Of a stretch of DNA of 64,000 bases, positions 1 through 9,371 are shown piece by piece (position 1 is the first letter of the stretch; each line of letters starts with the position of its first letter). This stretch comes from Candidatus Nomurabacteria bacterium (lineage in GTDB: Bacteria > Patescibacteriota > Minisyncoccia > Phycocordibacterales > UBA9973), in assembly GCA_026395955.1 (NCBI GenBank), contig JAPLXR010000006.1, positions 87,259 to 151,258 on the forward strand. The letters run 5' to 3'. The notes beneath the pieces were generated by a model, which ran no database searches, was not told the DNA's origin, and saw only the letters and a program-made list of their open reading frames with translations. The position numbers were made by a program, and so were the translations under genes.

Positions 1-4
1 GGCT

Positions 5-1339
5 TTGTTGTACACTTTGGCTAGTTATACTGATATAAAAAAAGTTGCAATTATGGAAAAATATGACCGTCCAGGACAAGTAAATTCAAAGGCTAGTAAT
101 AATAGTCAGACTCTCCATGTGGGTGATATAGAAACAAATTACACTATTGATAAAGTGAAACAAGTTTATCCTTCTGCTATGATGGTCGCACAATATGCAA
201 AGTCTTTACCTGAGAATGAACGTAATAAAATATTGTTTAATACTCCTAAAATGGTATTAGGTGTCGGTAAGGATCAAGTTCTAACTTTAGAAAAGAGGTA
301 TAAAGATTTATTACCAATTTTCCCTAAACTAAAGAAATTATATCGTGAAGATATAGCTAAAATAGAACCTGAAGTTATTCGTGGTCGTAATAAAAATGAA
401 CCAGTAATAGCTCTATATAATATAGATGGTTACGCTGTTGATTTTGAAAATTTATCACAATCTTTTATTGATCATGCAAAAATCAATAAATCAGACATCG
501 AAATATTTTACAAAACAAAAGTTCATAAAATAGAAAAAAATACTGATAATCTTTATGAAATAAAAACTACAAAAGGAGAGATAATAAAAACAAAAGTAGT
601 TATTGTAGATGCTGATTCTTATAGTTTAATGTTTGCAAAACAAATGGGTTATGGAGAGAATTTTTCCCTTATTCCTATTGCTGGAAGTTTTTATTTTACA
701 AAAAAGTTATTGAATGGAAAAGTTTACACTGTCCAAGAACCGAAACTGCCTTTTGCTGCTGTTCATGGAGATCCAGATGTGAGAGTTCCTAATCAAACTA
801 GATGGGGCCCGACAGCCCGTTTTAATCCTGTGCTTGAGAGTTCAAATTTTAAAACTTCAGGTGACTTTTTGCGTTCTTCTGGTTTACATCGTTTACGTAC
901 TTGGAAAAGTTTTATAAAAATTTTGCTCGATCCTACACGTTTTTCTTATTTAGTAAAAAATATGTTGTACGAATTGCCTTGGGTAGGGAATCATCTTTTT
1001 CTTGTGAATGTTAAAAAAATAATACCGACAATAAAAAGTAGAGACATAAGAGTAGCGAAAGGTTATGGTGGTATGAGACTACAACGCGTAGATACAAATA
1101 CCCATGAACTACAACTCGGTGAAGGAAAAATATTGGGTGATAATATTATTTTTAATATGACGCCTTCTCCTGGAGCTAGTGTTTCGCTTTATAATGCCCT
1201 CCGTGATACTGAACAAATAATGAAGTTTTTTAATGGTCAATATAAATTTGATCTCTTGAGAATGGAAAAAGATTTAGTTATTAATGATAATTTTGATACT
1301 CATATCGAGCCATCTATACCATCCGGTTATGCTTCATAA
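5..1339 (+). CDS. mqo: malate:quinone oxidoreductase (FAD-dependent), 5' end runs off the window
   Basis: The ORF is open to the window edge. Segments align to E. coli Mqo (GKVYTVQEPKLPFAAVHGDPDVRVP... and TPSPGASVSLYNAL vs GASPGASTAAPIMLNLL). The N-terminal FAD GxGxxG region is missing, cut by the window edge. Confidence 0.75.
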   Translation: MLYTLASYTDIKKVAIMEKYDRPGQVNSKASNNSQTLHVGDIETNYTIDKVKQVYPSAMMVAQYAKSLPENERNKILFNTPKMVLGVGKDQVLTLEKRYKDLLPIFPKLKKLYREDIAKIEPEVIRGRNKNEPVIALYNIDGYAVDFENLSQSFIDHAKINKSDIEIFYKTKVHKIEKNTDNLYEIKTTKGEIIKTKVVIVDADSYSLMFAKQMGYGENFSLIPIAGSFYFTKKLLNGKVYTVQEPKLPFAAVHGDPDVRVPNQTRWGPTARFNPVLESSNFKTSGDFLRSSGLHRLRTWKSFIKILLDPTRFSYLVKNMLYELPWVGNHLFLVNVKKIIPTIKSRDIRVAKGYGGMRLQRVDTNTHELQLGEGKILGDNIIFNMTPSPGASVSLYNALRDTEQIMKFFNGQYKFDLLRMEKDLVINDNFDTHIEPSIPSGYAS

Positions 1340-1635
1340 TGATTTGCAAAGTTTATTTATTGTTTTATAATCTAAGTATGTTATCTTCAAATTCAAAACA
1401 ATTTAATAATCCAAATCAAACAGACGTTTTTGTCGATTATGGTCCACAGAAGGATTCTCAAGGTAGAAATAGAGAAGATATTGTTAATGCTTCTAAAAGT
1501 TTAAATAAAGAAGTATTAGATTCTATTACTTTTAAAAATGGAGAATATTACATAGAAGGTAAAAAGGCTGATGACTGGATATCTAAATCTGAGGCATTAC
1601 ATTCTGGGGGACCTGTAAGAAATGTAGATTTTTAA
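1339..1635 (+). CDS. hypothetical small protein (98 aa; true start possibly at internal Met)
   Basis: ORF only; no recognisable motif. Confidence 0.3.
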   Translation: MICKVYLLFYNLSMLSSNSKQFNNPNQTDVFVDYGPQKDSQGRNREDIVNASKSLNKEVLDSITFKNGEYYIEGKKADDWISKSEALHSGGPVRNVDF

Positions 1636-1680
1636 TTTTGTATTTAATATTTTTATTTCTAAAAATGCTACAATAGATAT

Positions 1681-2700
1681 ATGGAAAAGAAGCGTTTAGA
1701 AATAATATCTTTTTTGGTTTTTTGTACAGGTATATTGACCTTAACTTTTTTTGTTTTTAGGCCGTTCTTTAGCATTCTCGTATTAGCTGCTATTTTAGCT
1801 TTATTGTTTAGACCTTTATATAAGAGATTAACTTTAAGATATAAAAAGGGGGAAAGTTTTTTTGCTTTTATTATTGTACTCATAGCTCTTGTTTTTATTA
1901 TTATTCCTATATTGTTTTTTGGTTTTCAAATTTTAGGTCAGTTGCAGATTTTCTTTACTTTGATCCAAAATGGACAAGGAGAACATATGCAACAAATACA
2001 ATCTGCTGTTGAGGTTTTTGTTCGTCATTTTATTCCAGTGTTTTCTTTTAATATTTCTTACTATGCTTCATTGGTACTTTCTTTTGTTTCAGATAATATT
2101 GGAACTTTTGTGTCTCAAACAGCATATATATTTTTACAAATATTCTTTTTAACATTTACATTGTTTTTCTTTTTACGAGATGGAGAGAAGATTTTTGGTT
2201 CATTGATAGCATTGAGTCCTTTTGAAAAAGAACAAAATAAAGAAATTTTTGAATCGATGCGAAAAGTCGTATCTTCTGTAGTAAGAGGGACGTTATTCGT
2301 CGGCCTTATCCGTTGGATTTTATTTACGGCAGGATTTTATCTTTTTGCAATTCCAAATGCATTAGTATGGGGAAGTATAGCTGCTATTATTGGAGCTTTG
2401 CCTGGACTAGGTACTCCATTTGTTATTTTTCCAATAGTTGTTTATCTGGCTGTTAGTGGTAACGTACTGAGTGCTATAGGTATAGGATTGTTTGGAATTT
2501 TGATAATGCTTTTCGTTGATAATATTTTATCGGCTTATTTTTTTGGTAAAGGCTTAGATGCACCACCTATATTCGTATTGTTTTCTATTATTGGAGGAGT
2601 TTTATTTTTTGGACCAATAGGATTTATATTTGGCCCTATAATACTTTCCCTATGTGTATCTATGATTGAGATGTATAAAATTTTGATATTGAAAAAATAA
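1681..2700 (+). CDS. AI-2E family (UPF0118/PerM-like) membrane transporter
   Basis: 339 aa with about 8 hydrophobic helices. Length and C-terminal GxxPGLG...FGP motifs are typical of PF01594. Confidence 0.65.
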   Translation: MEKKRLEIISFLVFCTGILTLTFFVFRPFFSILVLAAILALLFRPLYKRLTLRYKKGESFFAFIIVLIALVFIIIPILFFGFQILGQLQIFFTLIQNGQGEHMQQIQSAVEVFVRHFIPVFSFNISYYASLVLSFVSDNIGTFVSQTAYIFLQIFFLTFTLFFFLRDGEKIFGSLIALSPFEKEQNKEIFESMRKVVSSVVRGTLFVGLIRWILFTAGFYLFAIPNALVWGSIAAIIGALPGLGTPFVIFPIVVYLAVSGNVLSAIGIGLFGILIMLFVDNILSAYFFGKGLDAPPIFVLFSIIGGVLFFGPIGFIFGPIILSLCVSMIEMYKILILKK

Positions 2701-2772
2701 AAAATTTGAAGTTTTTAGTAATTTAGAGTATAATAAAAAGGTCTTATTAATAATAAATTAAATCAAAATTTT

Positions 2773-2898
2773 ATGGCAAAAAGAGGAACAACATTAAGTA
2801 TACGTCCAGTCTCACGACGTTCACACAAGACAAAGAAGCGTCTTGCAGCAAAGAAAGTAATGCTTGCTAAAAAAGCATCAAAGAAAAAGAGTAAATAA
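2773..2898 (+). CDS. very small highly basic protein (41 aa, K/R-rich), possibly ribosome-associated
   Basis: ATG at 2773 to TAA at 2896-2898, followed at once by a strong rho-independent terminator. The antisense 62-aa track ORF over the same span is judged spurious. Confidence 0.3.
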   Translation: MAKRGTTLSIRPVSRRSHKTKKRLAAKKVMLAKKASKKKSK

Positions 2899-2900
2899 AC

Positions 2901-2930
2901 AAAAAAACCAGCATTTGCTGGTTTTTTTGT
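2901..2930 (+). terminator. rho-independent terminator (ccagca-tttg-ctgg + T7)
   Basis: GC hairpin followed by TTTTTTT. Confidence 0.7.
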
Positions 2931-3051
2931 TAAATAAGTTATCCTTGACATTTTACTTGTGTATTCTTTTATATAAGGGTATACTTAAGGAGTCTAATTA
3001 AGACAAGAAGCACGTCGAAGTTTCCAAGCAAATAATCAAAATTTAAATCAT

Positions 3052-3252
3052 ATGATGACAGGAACAATTAAAACTTTGACTGATAAAGGATTCGGATTTA
3101 TCGCTCGCGAAGGTGAAGCGAAAGATCTTTTCTTTCACTCAAAAGAATTAGCTGGTGTTATGTTTGATGAATTGAAAGTAGGAGATGTTGTATCTTTTAC
3201 AGTAGTTGATACTGAAAAAGGTCCAGCTGCTACTCAAGTTTCACGCGCATAA
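3052..3252 (+). CDS. csp: cold-shock protein, CspA family
   Basis: 66 aa containing GTIKTLTDKGFGFI...DLFFH, the RNP1/RNP2 motifs of a cold-shock domain. Confidence 0.9.
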   Translation: MMTGTIKTLTDKGFGFIAREGEAKDLFFHSKELAGVMFDELKVGDVVSFTVVDTEKGPAATQVSRA

Positions 3253-3262
3253 TATCGCTCTC

Positions 3263-3296
3263 AAAAACACCCCTTGCGGGGTGTTTTTGTTTTTTA
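3263..3296 (+). terminator. rho-independent terminator
   Basis: aacacccc-ttgc-ggggtgtt followed by a T-run. Confidence 0.75.
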
Positions 3297-3315
3297 AGGT
3301 ATAATAGATTTACTT

Positions 3316-4680
3316 ATGACTCAAAATGAAGCGCTAAATATTTTAAAAACCGGTGCGTGTGTTTTTCTAACTGGTGAACCAGGAGCAGGAAAGACGCATA
3401 CAATAAATGCTTTCGTTTCGTATTTACGTGAACACGACATCGAGCCAGCGATTACAGCGAGTACTGGTATTGCTGCCACACATATCGGCGGGATGACGAT
3501 ACATTCATGGAGTGGAATAGGAATAAAAGAAACTTTATCTGCACAAGAGCTCGATAAAATAGCGAGTAGTGAATATGTAAATAGACGAATACGAAAAACA
3601 AAAGTTTTAATTATTGATGAGATTTCAATGCTTCGTGCAGATACACTCGATATGGTAGATGCAGTGTGTAGAGAAATAAAACAAAATTCTGAACCATTCG
3701 GAGGAATCCAAGTCATACTCGTCGGAGATTTTTTTCAGCTTCCACCGATTTTCAAAAGAGAAGTTGCAACAAAGCAAAATGCACTACTTTCTGCAAAAAA
3801 GGCGCATTTTGCTTTTGAATCAAATGCATGGAGAAGACTAAAACCAATCGTGTGTTATATCACAGAACAACACCGTCAGGATGATAGTAGCTTTTTAGAA
3901 TTACTTTCTGCTATTCGCACAGACACAGTTGAAGAAGAACATTATGAATATATGAAAGAGCGTTTTATCGAGAAAACAGAAATCCCAGAAAATACAACGA
4001 AATTATATTCTCACAATTTAGATGTCGATAAAGTAAATGACATGATGCTCGAAAAAATAACTGATGAAGAAAGTTTTCCATTTATTATGGACAGCGAAGG
4101 CAATGAAGCCCTCGTCACAATGCTGAAAAAAGGTTGTTTATCTCCAGAAGTTTTAAATTTGAAACGCGGAGCGGTAGTAATGTGTACAAAAAATAATCAA
4201 AAAGAACATTTTGTAAATGGAACTCTCGGTATCGTAGAAGAATTTGATTCTATCTCCGGGAATCCGATTATCAAAACTCGAAGTGGAAAGAAGATAGAGA
4301 TTTCTCCGATGGAATGGGTTGTAGAAGAAAATGGAAAGGTGAAAGCGATGATTTCGCAAGTCCCTCTTCGTCTCGCTTGGGCTGTGACTATTCACAAAAG
4401 CCAGGGTATGAGTATGGATGCAGCTGTTATGGACCTCTCAAATGTTTTTGAATTTGGGCAGGGCTATGTAGCTCTTTCTCGTGTGCGAAGATTATCCGGT
4501 CTATATCTTCTCGGTATGAATCATCAAGCACTAAAAGTGCATCCACAGATTCTAGAGCAAGATAAAATATTCCGAACAGAGTCAGATTCTGCTGAAATAA
4601 CCTTTGGAAAATTAACAAAAACTGAGCTAAATAAAATGCATAAAAATTTTGTTATCGCTTTGGATGGGGAGTGGAAATAA
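3316..4680 (+). CDS. PIF1/RecD-family ATP-dependent DNA helicase (AAA_30 + UvrD_C_2-like)
   Basis: Walker A GEPGAGKTH, VLIIDEISM (Walker B), GDFFQLPP. C-terminal region has LRLAWAVTIHKSQG and GQGYVALSRV motifs typical of PIF1/RecD. Confidence 0.75.
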   Translation: MTQNEALNILKTGACVFLTGEPGAGKTHTINAFVSYLREHDIEPAITASTGIAATHIGGMTIHSWSGIGIKETLSAQELDKIASSEYVNRRIRKTKVLIIDEISMLRADTLDMVDAVCREIKQNSEPFGGIQVILVGDFFQLPPIFKREVATKQNALLSAKKAHFAFESNAWRRLKPIVCYITEQHRQDDSSFLELLSAIRTDTVEEEHYEYMKERFIEKTEIPENTTKLYSHNLDVDKVNDMMLEKITDEESFPFIMDSEGNEALVTMLKKGCLSPEVLNLKRGAVVMCTKNNQKEHFVNGTLGIVEEFDSISGNPIIKTRSGKKIEISPMEWVVEENGKVKAMISQVPLRLAWAVTIHKSQGMSMDAAVMDLSNVFEFGQGYVALSRVRRLSGLYLLGMNHQALKVHPQILEQDKIFRTESDSAEITFGKLTKTELNKMHKNFVIALDGEWK

Positions 4681-4701
4681 ATATAGTGCTATAATAATCT
4701 T

Positions 4702-5097
4702 ATGAAAACATATGAATCATATCAGGCATTATTGAAGCCATCTTGGGCGCCGCCGTCATATCTCTTTGGTCCGGTTTGGACTTTTATTTATATTTTAATT
4801 TTCATTTCTTTTGGAAAAGTTTTTATGATGACTTATGAGAAAACTATTCCATTCATTGTCGCACTACCATTTATTTTAAATTTAATTTTTAATATTCTCT
4901 ACACTCCAATTATGTTTGGTTTGAAGAATAATACTCTCGCATCTATCGATATCTTACTTGTCCTTGGCACTATCATCTGGATGATGATTGCAATTTTCCC
5001 ACACATGCGATGGATTACTTATATTCAAATCCCATATCTTCTCTGGGTTTCTTTTGCTACAGTTTTACAATTAACAATTTATTTTTTGAATAAATAA
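4702..5097 (+). CDS. tspO: TspO/MBR family tryptophan-rich membrane protein
   Basis: KPSWAPPSYLFGPVWTFIY signature and a multi-helix hydrophobic profile; somewhat short at 131 aa. Confidence 0.65.
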   Translation: MKTYESYQALLKPSWAPPSYLFGPVWTFIYILIFISFGKVFMMTYEKTIPFIVALPFILNLIFNILYTPIMFGLKNNTLASIDILLVLGTIIWMMIAIFPHMRWITYIQIPYLLWVSFATVLQLTIYFLNK

Positions 5098-5098
5098 T

Positions 5099-5542
5099 AT
5101 GCAAACAATATCTTTATTTATACTTTTAGCGGGTTTTATTATTGGGCTCGGTGCAGTGACGGTGATAGACCTGCATGGATTTCTCGGACGGAAATCAGCA
5201 TATTGGACCGAAGCTACGACTCGCACACACAAAGTCACCAAACCTTTGATTTGGATCGGAATGCTCCTAGTCATCATCGGTGGAATATTTTTCTATCGTG
5301 GTGTGCCTTTTACTGGTATATTACTTTTTCATATTATTTCTGTACCTATTATGCTTTTGAATGGAGTTTTTCTTTCTTTTTCTGTGAGTCCGTTTTTACT
5401 CAATCGTGAAAAAGAAGGCCGACAAGCCGAGCTCTTACCACAGTCTTGGCAGAATAAAATAATCTTTTCATTTATGCTTTCATTTATTTCATGGTGGGGG
5501 AATTTAGCAGTTTTAGTTTATTATATTACCGTGCTTCGCTAA
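5099..5542 (+). CDS. hypothetical 4-TM membrane protein (GC-rich compared with the rest of the window)
   Basis: ORF with 4 hydrophobic helices; local GC is clearly higher than the window average. Confidence 0.4.
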   Translation: MQTISLFILLAGFIIGLGAVTVIDLHGFLGRKSAYWTEATTRTHKVTKPLIWIGMLLVIIGGIFFYRGVPFTGILLFHIISVPIMLLNGVFLSFSVSPFLLNREKEGRQAELLPQSWQNKIIFSFMLSFISWWGNLAVLVYYITVLR

Positions 5543-5543
5543 T

Positions 5544-6059
5544 ATGATTTTCAAAAAGAAAAAAGTAATAGTGAATGATGAGATGCAGAAAAAGTATGTA
5601 TACTTTTTGACTGAGCCTGTGGGTAAACATTTTGATCCAGATTTCAAACCAGACCTGACGCCCAAGCAAATGCTTTCCTTGGGAGTCTTTGGTGGCCGAT
5701 ATATGACCGATTGCAAACGCGAATTTCCGAAAGAGTGGTTCACTCGCGGCAAACTCTCTCCACATCATCATGATAAAAAAATAAATTATTTTGGTGTCGA
5801 TGCGAGCCAGTCCCTATCAACCTGGAAGAAAAATGGATGGATTCATCCTATGGACCCGCGGGGTTGGTTTCAATGGTATTGCCGATATTATATGGGACGC
5901 AGAATTCCTGATGAAGATGCGAGACAAATAAAACGCTGGCGAATGATTCAAAGGCACACTGCACAAATAGAGAAAAACTGCCGAGCAGGGGACATTTTCT
6001 GCCGCCCCCGCCAACGCCAAGCCCTCCTTCATTGGGCGTATGATAGTAGGAAGATTTAA
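5544..6059 (+). CDS. hypothetical protein (GC-rich outlier gene)
   Basis: 171-aa ORF with aromatic-rich motifs (GWFQWYCRYYMGRR); about 48% GC against about 32% around it. Family not recognised. Confidence 0.4.
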   Translation: MIFKKKKVIVNDEMQKKYVYFLTEPVGKHFDPDFKPDLTPKQMLSLGVFGGRYMTDCKREFPKEWFTRGKLSPHHHDKKINYFGVDASQSLSTWKKNGWIHPMDPRGWFQWYCRYYMGRRIPDEDARQIKRWRMIQRHTAQIEKNCRAGDIFCRPRQRQALLHWAYDSRKI

Positions 6060-6705
6060 ATGCTATAATCAAAGGATGGAATATAGTTGGATAAAACCAG
6101 GGCACGAAAATGAAAAACAAGCTTTAAATAAAATATCAGAAGATGCTTCTAAAAAAGTTGAAGATTTTGACAATACTCCTACAAAAAAGGTATTAGATGA
6201 TGAAACCCAAAAATACATTTCTGATCGTGTTCCTAAAACAAATGATGATTTACTACAGGAAGATATTGCTAAAAAATTCGTACTCGACGGTAATTATTTA
6301 CAAGAATTACATAATAAACAAAATAAAGGTGAAAAAATAGAAAAAGAAACATTTAATGAATTATGGAATGTGTATGGTCGCCTCATGGAAATAGGTGGCT
6401 ATATAGAAGTGCATAAAGATTTAAATAAAACAGTTGAACAAATGATTCACAATATAAATATTTTAGAACTTAAAAATGAAATATCAGAAAAATTTCCATT
6501 AGCAAAATCTGGTATATCAAATAAAGAAGCATTAGAATTAGCAAATGCTGAAGCCAGAAATATAAAAAAAGAATTAGATAATATGAAAGATGAATCTATT
6601 ACAAAAGAAAGTATAGGTGAACTTTTAGATAAATATAAAGATATAACTGAAAAATATCAAGAGCTTTATAGTGTAGTTAGCCCACAAAATCCATCAGAAA
6701 ATTAA
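6040..6705 (+). CDS. hypothetical charged/coiled-coil protein
   Basis: K/E-rich ORF; start may be the internal Met near 6076. Confidence 0.35.
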   Translation: MIVGRFKCYNQRMEYSWIKPGHENEKQALNKISEDASKKVEDFDNTPTKKVLDDETQKYISDRVPKTNDDLLQEDIAKKFVLDGNYLQELHNKQNKGEKIEKETFNELWNVYGRLMEIGGYIEVHKDLNKTVEQMIHNINILELKNEISEKFPLAKSGISNKEALELANAEARNIKKELDNMKDESITKESIGELLDKYKDITEKYQELYSVVSPQNPSEN

Positions 6706-6717
6706 AATTTTAATATT

Positions 6718-6951
6718 ATGATTTACATAGATGTGCGAACAAAAGAAGAATATGATGCAGGGCATAAAGAAGATGCTACGCTTTTCGATATCATGGATAT
6801 GATGCAAGGGAAGTTTCCTGAATTAGATAAAAATGAAGAAATTACTTTGTATTGTGAATCCGGCAATAGGTCAATGATGGCAAAGACTTTGATGGATCAA
6901 GCTGGTTTTACAAATATTACTGACGGTGGAAGTATTAATAATTTTTTATAA
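6718..6951 (+). CDS. single-domain rhodanese-like sulfurtransferase
   Basis: 77 aa with a rhodanese fold motif and the active-site Cys in LYCESGNRS. Confidence 0.75.
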   Translation: MIYIDVRTKEEYDAGHKEDATLFDIMDMMQGKFPELDKNEEITLYCESGNRSMMAKTLMDQAGFTNITDGGSINNFL

Positions 6952-7501
6952 TAATATGGACATACTAGCACATACACTTTGGACAAATGCAGGAGCTCGT
7001 GGAGCGAATGCACTTGCCGAAAAAAAAGAAAATAAAAAATTTCACATCAATGTCGCTTGGGCGGCTTTTTGGGGAGTCTTTCCAGATTTTTTTGCTTTTA
7101 CAATCCCTTCTATTATTGTTATTTATAAAATTATTATAGGAGAACTTTCAACTTCTAGCATAGGAGCTCATCATATACCTGTCGCTGGTTTTGATCTAGC
7201 ACATTATTTATATCAATATAGTCACTCACTAGTTATTTGGGCTCTTGTGTTTTTAGTTGTTTGGTTTATTTCAAAACGCCCACGATATGAGTTATTCGGT
7301 TGGGCATTGCATATTCTTATAGACATTCCTTCGCATACACTCGCATTTTTTCCGACACCGTTTTTATTTCCAATTTCCAATTATCATTTTCCTTATGGTT
7401 TAGAATGGAGTAATCGTTGGTATATGGTTGTGAATTACTCTGCTCTAGTTATTGTCTGGGGTGGAATTTTATATAAAAAGTACTTAAAAAAGAATATTTA
7501 A
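6926..7501 (+). CDS. membrane protein, YdjM/DUF457-like membrane-bound hydrolase fold (start probably Met at 6956)
   Basis: His-rich hydrophobic protein (AHHIP, HILIDIPSH motifs). Confidence 0.4.
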   Translation: MEVLIIFYNNMDILAHTLWTNAGARGANALAEKKENKKFHINVAWAAFWGVFPDFFAFTIPSIIVIYKIIIGELSTSSIGAHHIPVAGFDLAHYLYQYSHSLVIWALVFLVVWFISKRPRYELFGWALHILIDIPSHTLAFFPTPFLFPISNYHFPYGLEWSNRWYMVVNYSALVIVWGGILYKKYLKKNI

Positions 7502-7515
7502 GATATAATTAATTT

Positions 7516-9348
7516 ATGAAAAAAGTCGCTTATTATATTTTACCTTCTTTTGCTTTTCTAGGTTTAGCTATAGGTTTTGTTTTTCATTTATCTAATAGTA
7601 ATGGTTTAGACAATAAAATTTGGATGATTACTTTGATCATTGGTACTTTGCCTTTGATTTATAAAATCTTAAAAGATATTTTTTGTGGTCATTTTGGAAT
7701 AGACCTAATAGCGATAGTTGCGATAGTCGCGTCTTTTTTTATGGGTCAGTATTTAGCCGGAAATATTATTTTGTTAATGCTTTCTGGTGGTGAAGCTTTG
7801 GAAGTATATGCTCTAAAGAGGGCTCGAAGAGAATTATCAAATCTTATTTCCAATGCTCCGAGTTTTGCTCATATAAAAAAAGATGGAAATTTAATAGATG
7901 TAAATGTTGATCAAGTAAAAGTCGGAGATATTATTTTTATAAAAACAGGAGAGATAATAGCTGCTGACGGTATTGTAGTCCTCGGTTCTTCACAAGTCGA
8001 TGAATCAGCTTTGACTGGCGAGAGTTTGCCCGCAGAAAAAGAAATTGGTTCAAGTGTTTTTTCTGGAAGTATAAATAAAAGTAATATTTTAGAAGTTGAA
8101 GTTATTCGAAAGCCTTCTGAAAGTAAATATGAACAAATTATTTCTTTGATAAAAAAAGCAGAAGAAAATAGGGCTCCTGTCGTAAGGCTTGCAGATAAAT
8201 ACAGTATCTGGTTTACAGTTATAACTTTTTCTTTAGCTACACTGGCTTGGTTTTTAGCAAAAGATTCTGTGAGACTTTTAGCTGTGTTGGTTGTTGCGAC
8301 ACCTTGTCCTTTGATTTTAGCGACACCAATAGCGATGATATCTGGTATTAGTCGTTCGGCTAAAAGGGGAATAATAGTTAAAAATGGTGGAGCTCTCGAA
8401 GTCCTCGCTGAGACAAATGCTTTTATTTTTGATAAGACAGGTACACTCACACTCGGCCAGCCAGAGATAGTAGATGTTATTAGTTTTGGAAAAGATAAAA
8501 ATGAAGTGCTTAGAATTTCTGCATCACTAGATCAATTATCACTTCACGTGCTCGCTAGATCATTGCAATCTTATGCGTTAAAAAATAATATAGTACTTTC
8601 AATACCGACAAATTTTAAAGAAGATTTCGGAGAAGGTGTGAGTGGGGACTTAGACAATCAAACTTTCTTTTTTGGAAAATTGAAATTTTTAGAAATGAAA
8701 GGAATAAATATTTCAAAAGAAGTTTTAGATAAACATTTAACTTTTCAGTCTGAAGGTAAAATAGCTGTGTATTGTGGAGATAAAAATAATCTATTAGGTA
8801 TTATTATTTTCGCAGATGTTGTGCGCCCAGAAACAAAAAATCTTTTCACTAATTTAAAGGAAAAGGGAATAGAAAAAATAGTAATGCTCACAGGGGATAA
8901 AAAAGCTGTAGCAGAAATAATTGCAAAAGATTTAGGTATCGATGATATACATGCTGAGGCGTTACCAGAGAATAAAGTTTTCGAAGTTCAAGATCATAAA
9001 AAACAATTTGGAAAAGTTGCTATGATTGGTGACGGTATAAATGACGCTCCAGCATTATCTACTGCTGATGTTGGTATAGCCCTCGGTGGGCATGGAGGTA
9101 GTGCTTCTTCTGATAGTGGAGACATTGTCATTATGGTGGATGATTTAAATCGTGTCGGTGAAGCATATACGATAGCTAAAAATACATTAAAAATAGCTAA
9201 GCAAGGAATTTTCTTTGGTATCGGAGTTAGTATTATACTTATGATTATCGCTGCTTTTGGTTACATTTCTCCTATATATGGAGCCTTGATCCAAGAAGCT
9301 CTAGACGTATTGGTTATCCTCAATGCTTTACGTGTTAATTTTATATAA
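7516..9348 (+). CDS. heavy-metal translocating P-type ATPase (P1B), no N-terminal metal-binding domain
   Basis: DKTGTLT phosphorylation motif, GDGINDAP hinge, and a TPCP (CPx-type) motif in a transmembrane helix. 610 aa. Confidence 0.85.
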   Translation: MKKVAYYILPSFAFLGLAIGFVFHLSNSNGLDNKIWMITLIIGTLPLIYKILKDIFCGHFGIDLIAIVAIVASFFMGQYLAGNIILLMLSGGEALEVYALKRARRELSNLISNAPSFAHIKKDGNLIDVNVDQVKVGDIIFIKTGEIIAADGIVVLGSSQVDESALTGESLPAEKEIGSSVFSGSINKSNILEVEVIRKPSESKYEQIISLIKKAEENRAPVVRLADKYSIWFTVITFSLATLAWFLAKDSVRLLAVLVVATPCPLILATPIAMISGISRSAKRGIIVKNGGALEVLAETNAFIFDKTGTLTLGQPEIVDVISFGKDKNEVLRISASLDQLSLHVLARSLQSYALKNNIVLSIPTNFKEDFGEGVSGDLDNQTFFFGKLKFLEMKGINISKEVLDKHLTFQSEGKIAVYCGDKNNLLGIIIFADVVRPETKNLFTNLKEKGIEKIVMLTGDKKAVAEIIAKDLGIDDIHAEALPENKVFEVQDHKKQFGKVAMIGDGINDAPALSTADVGIALGGHGGSASSDSGDIVIMVDDLNRVGEAYTIAKNTLKIAKQGIFFGIGVSIILMIIAAFGYISPIYGALIQEALDVLVILNALRVNFI

Positions 9349-9371
9349 AAATAGGTTATAATATTTAAACT

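Noticed and set aside
2763-2951. 62-aa minus-strand ORF from the track
   Set aside because: It overlaps a cleaner plus-strand basic micro-ORF that ends right at a terminator. The minus-strand reading runs through the terminator hairpin, and its composition (poly-F/L) is typical of an antisense artefact.
3321-3716. Antisense ORFs inside long genes, for example 3321-3716, 7911-8450, 10317-10556, 28267-28740, 29412-29996, 43508-43810, 44072-44413
   Set aside because: They are embedded antisense within well-supported CDSs (helicase, ATPase, surface protein, gyrA, clpB). Their compositional bias is typical of shadow ORFs.
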